Positions 55,985-64,000 of a DNA stretch of 64,000 nt are shown here, piece after piece. The notes beneath the pieces were generated by a model. The model had not been told where the DNA came from. It made no database searches and was given only the letters and a program-made list of their open reading frames with translations. Position numbers and translations under genes: made by a program. The number at the start of each line of letters is the position of its first letter. The first letter of the stretch is position 1. Origin of the DNA: a bacterium (GTDB lineage Bacteria > Bacillota_I > Bacilli_A > RF39 > UBA660); NCBI GenBank assembly GCA_029100545.1, contig JAQXPH010000033.1, positions 9,672 through 73,671 of the forward strand, read 5' to 3'.

Positions 55985-58468
55985 ATGGAAAATGATATTT
56001 TAAAAAGAATACAAGATTATGCACTTGAAGAAATAATGGGTGATCGCTTTGGTAAATATGCTAAAGAAATTATTTTAGATAGGGCAATACCTGATGTAAG
56101 AGATGGTTTAAAACCAGTTCAAAGAAGAATACTTTATGCAATGTATAAAGCTGGTAATACTTGGGATAAAGGGTATATAAAATGTGCCGCAACTGTTGGT
56201 GATGTTTTAGGAAAATTTCATCCACATGGTGATTCATCCGTTTATGATGCTATGGTTAGAATGAGTCAATGGTGGAAACAAAATCATGTATTAGTTGATA
56301 TTCATGGAAATAATGGTTCAATTGATGGGGATCCAGCAGCGGCTTATCGTTATACTGAAGCAAAACTTGCTAAAATAAGTAGTGAATTATTAAAAGATTT
56401 AGATAAAGAAACTGTATCGTGGGCACCTAATTTTGATGATCGTTTTTTAGAACCAACAGTACTTCCTGCAAAATTTCCTAATCTTTTAGTAAATGGAGCA
56501 AATGGTATTTCGGCAGGATATGCCACGAATATTCCTCCCCATAATTTAGGAGAAATAATTGATGCAACAATTAAAAGAATTGAAAGTCCTAACTGCAGGC
56601 TAGAATCAATTTTAGAAATTGTTAAAGGTCCAGATTTTCCAACTGGTGGTATAGTGGAAGGAAAAGATGGAATAATAAATGCTTTTAAAACTGGTAAAGG
56701 TAAAGTTATTGTTCGTTCTAAAACAAGATTTAATAAAGAAAAAGGTAAAGAACAAATTATTATTGATGAAATTCCTTTTGAAGTAAATAAAGCTATGCTA
56801 GTTGCTAAAATTGATAGTTTAAGAATTGATAAAAAAATCGAAGGTATTAGTGAAGTAAGAGATGAAACAGATAGAGATGGTCAAAGAATAGTAATTGATT
56901 TAAAAACTGGTGCTAATAAAGAACTTATTTTAAATTATTTATTCAAAAATACAGATCTTCAAATATCATATAATTATAATATGGTAGCAATAGTAAATAG
57001 AACTCCTAAAACATTAGGAATACTTGAAATAATTGATGCATATGTTGAATTTTATAAAGAAGTTATAACTAAAAGAACTACATTTGAACTAAATACTTAT
57101 AATAAAGAATTTAATATAGTATCAGGTCTTATGAAAGCAATATCTATTTTAGATGATGTAATTAAGGTTATAAGACAAAGTAAAAATAAATCTGATGCTA
57201 AAGAAAATTTAGTTAGTACTTTTGATTTTAATACTGAACAAGCTGAAGCAATTGTAACTTTACAACTTTATCGATTAACTAATACTGATATTGTCGTATT
57301 AAAAGAAAGAGCAGAACAGTTAAAAGAATTAATTAATAATTGTAATGAAATATTAAATGATGAAAATAAATTAAAAAATGTCATGAAAAGTGAATTAAAA
57401 AATGTTAAAAAAGAATATAGTACACCTAGAAAAACAGTTATTAAAGATGAAATAACTGAAATTAAATTTGATTTAAAAGAAATGATACCATCAGAAAATG
57501 TAGTAATAGTTATTACAAATGATGGATATGTAAAAAAAGTTCCAATTAAATCATATAAAGCTGCTACTGATGAAACAACTTTAAAACCTGGAGATTATGT
57601 TAAAAATATTTTTGAGGTTAATACTAGAAATCATTTATTATTATTTACAACACTAGGTAATTATTTATTTATACCTGCTTATCAAATTAATGAATGTAAA
57701 TGGAAAGATTTAGGTAAACATATAAATAATATTGTAATGCTTTCTGAAAATGAAAAAATAATTGATTCATTTATATATGATAAGGATAGTTATTTAGTTT
57801 TAACAACAAAACAAGGTATGATTAAAAAAGTAATTATGTCTGATTATGAAGTATCAAGATGTAGTAAACCAATGACAGCAATTAAACTTAAAAATAATGA
57901 TGAATTAGTTAGCGTAAAACTAGATAAGAATAATACTTTAATAGTAACAAATAATAATTATTATTTAATGTTTTCTTCAGATGAAATTCCAGTTGTTGGT
58001 GCAAAAGCATCAGGAGTAAAAGCCATTAATTTATCAAATGATTATGTAGTATCTTCAAACCAAGTTGATGAAACAAAAGAATATTTAAATATATTTACTA
58101 ATTTTAATACCGCTAAAAGGGTTAAAATTAATGAATTAAATAAATTTACTAGAAATAAAAAAGGTAGTCAAATAATCAAGAAAAATAAAACTAAAGATTA
58201 TAAAACTATTTCGGCATATATTACTGATTCAAAATCAATAAATGTTGTAAAAACTGATTCAGATGTAATTGAAATAAAAAATAGTGATATAAAACTTATG
58301 GATACTAATAGTTTTGGAAGTAACTATACTAATTTAAAAGTATTAAATGTATCAGAAAAATATGAAATCATTAAAGGTAAAGAAGATAAAATAGAAGAAC
58401 CAGAAAAAAAAGAAGAAAAACAAGAACAAATTTCTTTTGATAGTTTTGTTGATAGTTTTAAAATTTAA
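55985..58468 (+). CDS. parC: type IIA topoisomerase subunit A (topoisomerase IV ParC inferred)
   Basis: MGDRFGKYAKEIILDRAIPDVRDGLKPVQRRILYAM, HPHGDSSVYDAMVRMSQ and active-site AAYRYTEAKL. No QxRGGxG GyrA-box in the first C-terminal blade. Confidence 0.8.
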   Translation: MENDILKRIQDYALEEIMGDRFGKYAKEIILDRAIPDVRDGLKPVQRRILYAMYKAGNTWDKGYIKCAATVGDVLGKFHPHGDSSVYDAMVRMSQWWKQNHVLVDIHGNNGSIDGDPAAAYRYTEAKLAKISSELLKDLDKETVSWAPNFDDRFLEPTVLPAKFPNLLVNGANGISAGYATNIPPHNLGEIIDATIKRIESPNCRLESILEIVKGPDFPTGGIVEGKDGIINAFKTGKGKVIVRSKTRFNKEKGKEQIIIDEIPFEVNKAMLVAKIDSLRIDKKIEGISEVRDETDRDGQRIVIDLKTGANKELILNYLFKNTDLQISYNYNMVAIVNRTPKTLGILEIIDAYVEFYKEVITKRTTFELNTYNKEFNIVSGLMKAISILDDVIKVIRQSKNKSDAKENLVSTFDFNTEQAEAIVTLQLYRLTNTDIVVLKERAEQLKELINNCNEILNDENKLKNVMKSELKNVKKEYSTPRKTVIKDEITEIKFDLKEMIPSENVVIVITNDGYVKKVPIKSYKAATDETTLKPGDYVKNIFEVNTRNHLLLFTTLGNYLFIPAYQINECKWKDLGKHINNIVMLSENEKIIDSFIYDKDSYLVLTTKQGMIKKVIMSDYEVSRCSKPMTAIKLKNNDELVSVKLDKNNTLIVTNNNYYLMFSSDEIPVVGAKASGVKAINLSNDYVVSSNQVDETKEYLNIFTNFNTAKRVKINELNKFTRNKKGSQIIKKNKTKDYKTISAYITDSKSINVVKTDSDVIEIKNSDIKLMDTNSFGSNYTNLKVLNVSEKYEIIKGKEDKIEEPEKKEEKQEQISFDSFVDSFKI

Positions 58469-58517
58469 AAAAGTTCATTTATGGACTTTTTTTTCATATT
58501 ATTAAGTAGGTGACTAT

Positions 58518-58868
58518 ATGAGTAAAAAAGATGAGTTTAAAGAATTTGCTAAAAATAATCCTAATCTTGCTTCATTTGTTGAAAATGGTCAAATGACATG
58601 GCAAAAATTTTATGAACTTTATGATATATATGATAGGGATGCAACTGTATGGAATAAATATACTAAAACAAGTTCTGAATCAACTGGTAGTAGTATTGGC
58701 AAAATAAATGATTTAATTAAAAATGTTAATATGGACACAATAAAAGAACATATTTCAACTGCTCAAAAAGCATTAGATTTTGTACAAGAACTTACGAGTA
58801 AAACAAGTACAAGTACTCCAAAAACTGGGGTTAGTCCTAGACCACTTAATAAATTTTTCGAGGATTAA
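58518..58868 (+). CDS. YlbD-like putative spore coat protein
   Basis: NPNLASFVENGQMTWQKFYELYDIYDRDATVWNKY resembles the YlbD pattern. Followed by a YlbE-like gene as in Bacillus. Confidence 0.4.
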   Translation: MSKKDEFKEFAKNNPNLASFVENGQMTWQKFYELYDIYDRDATVWNKYTKTSSESTGSSIGKINDLIKNVNMDTIKEHISTAQKALDFVQELTSKTSTSTPKTGVSPRPLNKFFED

Positions 58869-59089
58869 TGAATAAAGAATTATTAATTAAATTTAAAGAA
58901 AATGAGAAGTTATTTGATCATTTTAAAGAACATTCATACTATATAAAATATTTAAATAGAACACCTGATTATTTTAATGAATTTTCTAGAAAGATGAAAG
59001 AAATATATAAAGAAAGAACAACTGATAAAATAAGTAGTGCAATTGATGGTGTAGAAATGATATCTTCCATAATTGACACAATTAAGTAA
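58868..59089 (+). CDS. YlbE-like protein
   Basis: HSYYIKYLNRTPDYFNEFSRKMKEIYKERTTDKI resembles the YlbE family. ATGA overlap with the previous gene. Confidence 0.45.
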   Translation: MNKELLIKFKENEKLFDHFKEHSYYIKYLNRTPDYFNEFSRKMKEIYKERTTDKISSAIDGVEMISSIIDTIK

Positions 59090-59147
59090 ATTTTTATTGT
59101 AAAATTTAAAACTTTGTGATATCCTTAAAATAGAAAGGATAGGAAAT

Positions 59148-59648
59148 ATGAGAAATAATAAAAAAGGTTTTACACTTATCGAACTTTTAGCAGTTATCGT
59201 TATTCTAGCAGTAGTTATGCTTATTGCAGTAAGTGCTGTTGGACCATTAATGGCAAAATCTAGGAAAGGAGCTTTAGAAAACGAAGGTATAGCGCTTTCA
59301 AATGCTGCGAAAACAGCTTTCCAAGCTGAACAATTAAATGCCAACTCAGCTATTAAAGCTACAAGTACAGTATGTTTTGATCTAGAGTATTTATATAGTC
59401 AAAAGTACTATGAAAAAGGCTCTGCACAAGATTATACTGGTTCAGTATTAGTAACATATGCTGGTGGAGATTATACTTATAAAATTTGGATTTCTAATAA
59501 AACATATGCTATTTCAGGAAAAGCACCAAATGCTATTAATTTAGACACTGATGTTACTGATGCTACAAGCGCATCAAATAATTGTGGTGGAACTCTTGCA
59601 ACTGGTAATGTCTATTGTACTGGTTCAGCTTGTACAGTTCAACCATAA
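59148..59648 (+). CDS. type IV pilin (prepilin-type N-terminal cleavage/methylation domain)
   Basis: MRNNKKG/FTLIELLAVIVILAVVMLIAV is a canonical class III signal with Glu+5. Cys-rich C-terminus (NNCGG..VYCTGSAC). Strong SD and terminator. Confidence 0.85.
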   Translation: MRNNKKGFTLIELLAVIVILAVVMLIAVSAVGPLMAKSRKGALENEGIALSNAAKTAFQAEQLNANSAIKATSTVCFDLEYLYSQKYYEKGSAQDYTGSVLVTYAGGDYTYKIWISNKTYAISGKAPNAINLDTDVTDATSASNNCGGTLATGNVYCTGSACTVQP

Positions 59649-59663
59649 ATAGTTTTGCTTTAC

Positions 59664-59693
59664 AACTCAAATCAAATGATTTGAGTTTTTTTT
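59664..59693 (+). terminator. rho-independent terminator after the pilin gene
   Basis: 10-bp stem AACTCAAATC / GATTTGAGTT, 4-nt loop, then T8. Confidence 0.7.
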
Positions 59694-59727
59694 ATTATTT
59701 TGATATACTTTATTTAGTGAGGTAGTA

Positions 59728-60612
59728 ATGATAATAGGTTCACATGTAAATTTTAATAATGGTTTATTAGGATGCGTAAAACAAGCAATAAGTTATGGTG
59801 CTAATACATTTATGTTTTATACTGGAGCGCCACAAAATACAATTAGAAAAGAATTAGATTTAAATAATGCTAATCTTGCTATGAAGCTAATGGAAAAAGA
59901 AAATATTGATATAAATAATATTATATGTCATGCACCTTATATAGTAAATCTTGCAAATAAAGAGATACTTAGTAAGTGGGAATTTAGTATTAATTTTTTA
60001 AAAAATGAAATAAATAGATGTGAACAATTAGGCATAAAATATATGGTTGTTCATCCTGGAAGTTGTCTTAAAAATGATCGAAATGAATGCCTTAAAAATA
60101 TAAGTGATGCTTTAAATTATATTATTAATTATGATACTAAAGTAACTATTTTAATTGAAACTATGGCTGGTAAAGGAACTGAATGTGGTATTAATACTTT
60201 AGAAATTAAAACTATACTTGATAATATAATTTTTAAAGATAAAATAGGAGTATGTATCGATACTTGTCATTTAAATGATTCTGGTATAGATTTAAAATAT
60301 TTTGATGATTACTTAAATGAATTTGATAAATTAATTGGAATTAACAAAATTAAATGTATTCATGTAAATGATAGTAAAAATGTTTTAGGAAGTAAAAAAG
60401 ATCGCCATGAAAATATTGGTTTTGGTACAATAGGTTTTGATAATTTAATAAATATAATATATCATGACAAATTAAAAAATGTTCCTAAAATATTAGAAAC
60501 ACCTTATATAGATGAATATCCACCTTATAAATTTGAAATAAAAGAAATATATGAAAAAAAATATAATCCATCTTTAAAAGAAGATGTTATATCATATTAT
60601 AAAAATCTTTGA
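59728..60612 (+). CDS. nfo: endonuclease IV
   Basis: IGSHV start, HAPYIVNLA, MVVHPGS, CIDTCH and the IHVNDSK..GSKKDRHENIG metal ligands. Confidence 0.9.
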   Translation: MIIGSHVNFNNGLLGCVKQAISYGANTFMFYTGAPQNTIRKELDLNNANLAMKLMEKENIDINNIICHAPYIVNLANKEILSKWEFSINFLKNEINRCEQLGIKYMVVHPGSCLKNDRNECLKNISDALNYIINYDTKVTILIETMAGKGTECGINTLEIKTILDNIIFKDKIGVCIDTCHLNDSGIDLKYFDDYLNEFDKLIGINKIKCIHVNDSKNVLGSKKDRHENIGFGTIGFDNLINIIYHDKLKNVPKILETPYIDEYPPYKFEIKEIYEKKYNPSLKEDVISYYKNL

Positions 60613-60857
60613 TATTTAGAAAAGTATTCAATATATACTTTTTTTATTTTCTCAAAATTATTTCCTTGATAATGATTTTTATATCTATCTATTTTAAATA
60701 AATTAGGATTTTTTAACATATCTTTATAATTTTTTTTAATAAAAGTATAGGTAAAATTAAGTTCACTTTCATTTAAAAAAACATTTTTACTTTTAGCAAA
60801 TTTATCTACATCATCTTTAGTAATATTTTGCATATATTTATCAATCATATTATACAT
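60597..60857 (-). CDS. hypothetical small protein
   Basis: 86-aa ORF convergent with nfo, with a 16-nt overlap. No confident family. Confidence 0.4.
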   Translation of the reverse strand: MYNMIDKYMQNITKDDVDKFAKSKNVFLNESELNFTYTFIKKNYKDMLKNPNLFKIDRYKNHYQGNNFEKIKKVYIEYFSKYQRFL

Positions 60858-60911
60858 ATTATCACCCTAATATATTGTATGAAATAATAATTATTTTGAA
60901 TACTAATAATA

Positions 60912-62663
60912 ATGAAAAAATTAAAAATTGTTATTTTATTAATCTTTATTTTTATAAGTATTTATTTTATTATAAATTATAATAAATATCATGAGTATTA
61001 TTTAAATAGACTTAAATATAAAACTAGTAAAATAGTAAGTCTTAAAAGTGCTCCAAGAGGAAATATATATGATAAAAATGGTATACTACTCGTAGGTAAT
61101 AAACTTACTAAAAATCTTGTTTTAACAAGTAAAAACGAAGATGAAATAAAAAATATTTTAAAACAAATTAATAAATTATTTCCAAATATAAGTATAAAAA
61201 CTTTGAATAATATAGTTAATAAAGGATATATTTATGAAGATAAAATTCTTATTGAAGATTTAACTGATGAAATGGTTCAAAAAGTTTTAAATAGTAATAT
61301 TAATGGTATAACAATTAATGAAGGATATAAAAGATATTATCCTTATAAAGATACTTTAAAAAATATTTTTGGTTCTGTTAATAAAATAACTAAAGAGAAT
61401 AAAGATTATTATTTAAAAAAAGGTTATGATTTAAATGATGAAGTAGGTGTATCAGGATTAGAATTAGAATATGAAGAATATTTAAAAGGAGTAAAAGCTA
61501 AATATAAAGTTAATGCAGATAATTCTCTTACTTTAATTAGTAATGAAAAAAAAGGAAATGATTTATATTTATCTATTGATATTTCTTTAGTAAATAAAAT
61601 AAATGAAATTATTGATGATGAACTTATTAAAGCAAAAAAAATGCCAAATACTGATTATTTAAATGATACCTATGTAATAATATCAAATCCAAATACAGGC
61701 CAAATAATAGCATTTAATGGACAAAGATATATAAATGATGAAACTTTTACTGATATTAGTTTAAATAATATTTTATCATCATTTACTTTAGGATCTGTTG
61801 TTAAAGGTGCAACTATATCTATTGGATATAAATATAATTTAATTGATCAAAATAAAAAAATTTTAGATAGTTGTGTAAAACTTAAAAATATTCAAGAAAA
61901 ATGTTCTTTTCAAAGACTTGGTTATTTAAATGATATTAAAGCATTAGAAATGAGTTCAAATTATTATCAATTTATAATTGCAATTAAACTTACTGGAAAA
62001 GAGTATGTAAAAAATATGCAGTTAGATGTTACAAATAAAGAATTTGATATATATCGTAATATGCTTTGCTCATATGGTTTAGGTTGTAAAAGTGGAATTG
62101 ATCTTCCAAACGAAAAATTAGGTTTAATTGGTGATAAAATAAGTGGAGATTTACTTTTAAATTTAGCTATTGGACAATATGATACTTATACTCCAATAGA
62201 ACTTATTACTTATATAAATACTTTAGCAAGTAAAGGGGAAAAAAGAAAACCTAGTTTAGTTTCTTTTATTAAAGATAATGATAGGGTAATTTATCAAAAT
62301 AATTTTGAGGTTATAAATAATGTTGATATAGATAAAAAATATTATGATAGAATTTTCGAAGGATTTTATAATGTTATGAATAAAGGTACTGGTAAAGGTT
62401 TTATGAACTATAATTTACATCCTGCGGGAAAAACAGGTACAAGTGAATCATTTTTAGATACTAATAATGATGGAAAAATTGATACTAAAACAATAACTCT
62501 TACTATGGCTGGATTTTTTCCTTATGAAAATCCAAAGTATTCAATTATGGTAATATGTCCTCATGCTTCTTATAATAATAGTTCAAATGAATATATTTAT
62601 TCAATAAGTAGTAAAATAAGTCGAAAAATAACTAATTTATTTTATGAAAATAATGAATATTAA
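60912..62663 (+). CDS. class B penicillin-binding protein (PBP2/SpoVD-like transpeptidase)
   Basis: N-terminal anchor and dimerisation domain, SxxK (GSVVKG), SxN (MSSNYY) and KTGT (AGKTGTSE). Confidence 0.85.
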   Translation: MKKLKIVILLIFIFISIYFIINYNKYHEYYLNRLKYKTSKIVSLKSAPRGNIYDKNGILLVGNKLTKNLVLTSKNEDEIKNILKQINKLFPNISIKTLNNIVNKGYIYEDKILIEDLTDEMVQKVLNSNINGITINEGYKRYYPYKDTLKNIFGSVNKITKENKDYYLKKGYDLNDEVGVSGLELEYEEYLKGVKAKYKVNADNSLTLISNEKKGNDLYLSIDISLVNKINEIIDDELIKAKKMPNTDYLNDTYVIISNPNTGQIIAFNGQRYINDETFTDISLNNILSSFTLGSVVKGATISIGYKYNLIDQNKKILDSCVKLKNIQEKCSFQRLGYLNDIKALEMSSNYYQFIIAIKLTGKEYVKNMQLDVTNKEFDIYRNMLCSYGLGCKSGIDLPNEKLGLIGDKISGDLLLNLAIGQYDTYTPIELITYINTLASKGEKRKPSLVSFIKDNDRVIYQNNFEVINNVDIDKKYYDRIFEGFYNVMNKGTGKGFMNYNLHPAGKTGTSESFLDTNNDGKIDTKTITLTMAGFFPYENPKYSIMVICPHASYNNSSNEYIYSISSKISRKITNLFYENNEY

Positions 62664-62976
62664 TAATATAAATATATTTTTTATATAAAAAAGCATACAA
62701 GAAAACATACAGCATAACATACAAGTATTTTTTAGATTTAAATAAATCGATTGTCTTTTAAAAAAAGGTATAATTATAAGTGATTGGTACTTAGGAAACT
62801 TTTGAAGCCCTAAGTCAAAATAATAGTTGTCCTAATAAAGAAATTTCAGTTTTTATACTATAAAATAATTTTATATATATTAATTGTTTTTAGATGTACC
62901 ACAATAATTTATTTATAGATTATATTTATTTAAATTAAAAAAAATATACTTTTCTTAAACTATCTACTTAAAAACC

Positions 62977-63006
62977 TTGAAAAATGACTAGTTATATTGG
63001 TATAAT
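62977..63006 (+). promoter_or_regulatory. promoter of rpmG-efp
   Basis: TTGAAA-18 nt-TATAAT, about 30 nt before the SD AAAGGAGGG. Confidence 0.55.
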
Positions 63007-63037
63007 AATATAGTCTTGAGAAAAAGGAGGGATAATA

Positions 63038-63202
63038 ATGGCTAAAAATGAAAATAGAAAAGAAGTAACTATTAAATGTACTAATTGTGGAAAAGAATTA
63101 CGTCCAGTTAGTAAAAACAAAAAAAATAATCCTGATAGATTAGAACTTAAAAGATATTGTTCAGCTTGTCATAAACATGTTGTAGCAAAAGAAAAGAAAT
63201 AA
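63038..63202 (+). CDS. rpmG: 50S ribosomal protein L33 (not in the ORF track, <60 aa)
   Basis: MAKNENRKEVTIKCTNCGKELRPVSKNKKNNPDRLELKRYCSACHKHVVAKEKK: the CxxC...CxxC zinc ribbon and NNPDRLELKRYC signature. Strong SD. Confidence 0.9.
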   Translation: MAKNENRKEVTIKCTNCGKELRPVSKNKKNNPDRLELKRYCSACHKHVVAKEKK

Positions 63203-63215
63203 GGAGTGAAAAAAT

Positions 63216-63776
63216 ATGAATATTAATATTAATGATATTAAAAATGGTATGACTATTATTATGGATGGTAATTTATGTACTATTCAAGAGTTTCAACATG
63301 TTAAGCCAGGTAAAGGCCCTGCTTTTGTTAGAATTAAACTTAAAAATTTAAGAACAGGATCTACTACTGAAGATACTTATAATACTAATATTAAAATCCA
63401 AAAAGCTCATATAGATAAAAATGAAGTTCAATATTTATATAGTAGTGGTGATACTTATACATTTATGAATAATGAAACTTATGAGCAAATTGAAGTTCCA
63501 GCAAAAGTTTTAGCAGATAATATTAAATTTATTAAAGAAGGTCTTACAATTAATTTAGATATTTATGAAGGTGAAATTATTGGAATTACATTACCTGAAA
63601 AAGTTGAATATGAAGTTATTGAAACTGAACCAGCAGTTAAAGGTAATACAACAAATAATGCTAATAAAGATGCTAAAATTGAAACAGGTTATGTAGTAAA
63701 AGTACCTTTATTTATAAATCAAGGCGAAAAAATTATAGTATCTACTAAAGATGGAAAATATTCAGGAAGAGCTTAA
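63216..63776 (+). CDS. efp: elongation factor P
   Basis: INDIKNGMTI...QHVKPGKGPAFVRIKLKNLRTG. Confidence 0.97.
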   Translation: MNININDIKNGMTIIMDGNLCTIQEFQHVKPGKGPAFVRIKLKNLRTGSTTEDTYNTNIKIQKAHIDKNEVQYLYSSGDTYTFMNNETYEQIEVPAKVLADNIKFIKEGLTINLDIYEGEIIGITLPEKVEYEVIETEPAVKGNTTNNANKDAKIETGYVVKVPLFINQGEKIIVSTKDGKYSGRA

Positions 63777-63795
63777 GGCTCTTTTTTAAAATAAA

Positions 63796-64000
63796 ATGAA
63801 AATAGGTGTTTTTGATTCTGGTATTGGAGGCCTTACTGTTTTAAAAAGTTTAATATCAAAATATAAAGCTAATTATATTTATTTTGGTGATACATTAAAT
63901 ATTCCCTATGGTGAAAAAAGTAAAGAAGAACTTTTAAAATTAACTGAAAAGATTATAAGATTTTTTGAAAAAGAAAAAGTTGATTTAATTATTGTTGCTT
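63796..64000 (+). CDS. murI: glutamate racemase MurI (5' part; runs off the window)
   Basis: MKIGVFDSGIGGLTVLK...YIYFGDTLNIPYGEKS. Confidence 0.85.
   Translation, partial: MKIGVFDSGIGGLTVLKSLISKYKANYIYFGDTLNIPYGEKSKEELLKLTEKIIRFFEKEKVDLIIVA

Noticed and set aside
54077-58468. Annotating the topoisomerase pair as gyrB/gyrA
   Set aside because: The A subunit has the MGDRFG.Y start typical of ParC and lacks the QxRGGxG GyrA-box. There is no dnaA/dnaN/recF context. Some ambiguity remains.
58952-59344. 130-aa minus-strand ORF overlapping the ylbE-like and pilin genes
   Set aside because: It is antisense to the canonical type IV pilin leader, which has its own SD and terminator.
62694-62725. CRISPR-like or tandem-repeat array
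   Set aside because: There are only three 7-8-nt units with a 12-nt period, far too short for CRISPR. It is reported only as a possible binding array.

Overview
Very AT-rich bacterial chromosomal segment using the standard code: TAA, TAG and TGA all close ORFs, and Trp is TGG. About 90% of genes are on the + strand.

Gene content and order match an endospore-forming Bacillota of Clostridia/Erysipelotrichia type. The recognisable blocks are trmL, ftsK, queA-tgt, sufB, ssb, RNase J, dnaB(loader)-dnaI, recA, infC-rpmI-rplT with an L20 leader, ftsA-ftsZ-spoIIGA-sigE, rpmB, ruvA/ruvB, mscS, a sigG-like gene, rimP-nusA-ylxR-infB-rbfA-truB, parE-parC, ylbD/ylbE-like genes, nfo, PBP2 and rpmG-efp-murI. 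I saw no rRNA, tRNA, CRISPR array, transposase or integrase.

The accessory content is mostly cell-surface filament genes:
- Four tandem genes (12.5-16 kb) plus a distant 743-aa fifth member (43.6-45.8 kb) form a paralogous family. Their N-termini look like SipW-dependent TasA/CalY-type signal peptides, but I do not recognise the protein bodies. This is my best candidate for an undescribed fibre system.
- The last ~145 nt of the 743-aa gene and the ~90 nt after it form a sharp GC-rich, AAC-rich island. It ends in a GC-rich tract and a 10-bp-stem, 4-nt-loop hairpin, which resembles a diversity-generating-retroelement (DGR) target. No reverse transcriptase or template repeat is in the window.
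- A six-gene Tad-like locus sits directly after sigE and has no Flp pilin or prepilin peptidase gene.
- A miniature sortase-like gene overlaps a surface protein with a non-LPXTG sorting signal.
- There is an orphan type IV pilin gene.

Two small insertions are bracketed by long direct repeats that duplicate the 3' end of the upstream gene. One is a Fic pseudogene flanked by a 28-bp repeat. The other is a DAHP synthase plus a hydrolase fragment flanked by a ~70-bp repeat.

All calls come from reading the ORF translations and the DNA by eye. No database search, HMM or folding was run, so family names are motif-level recognitions.
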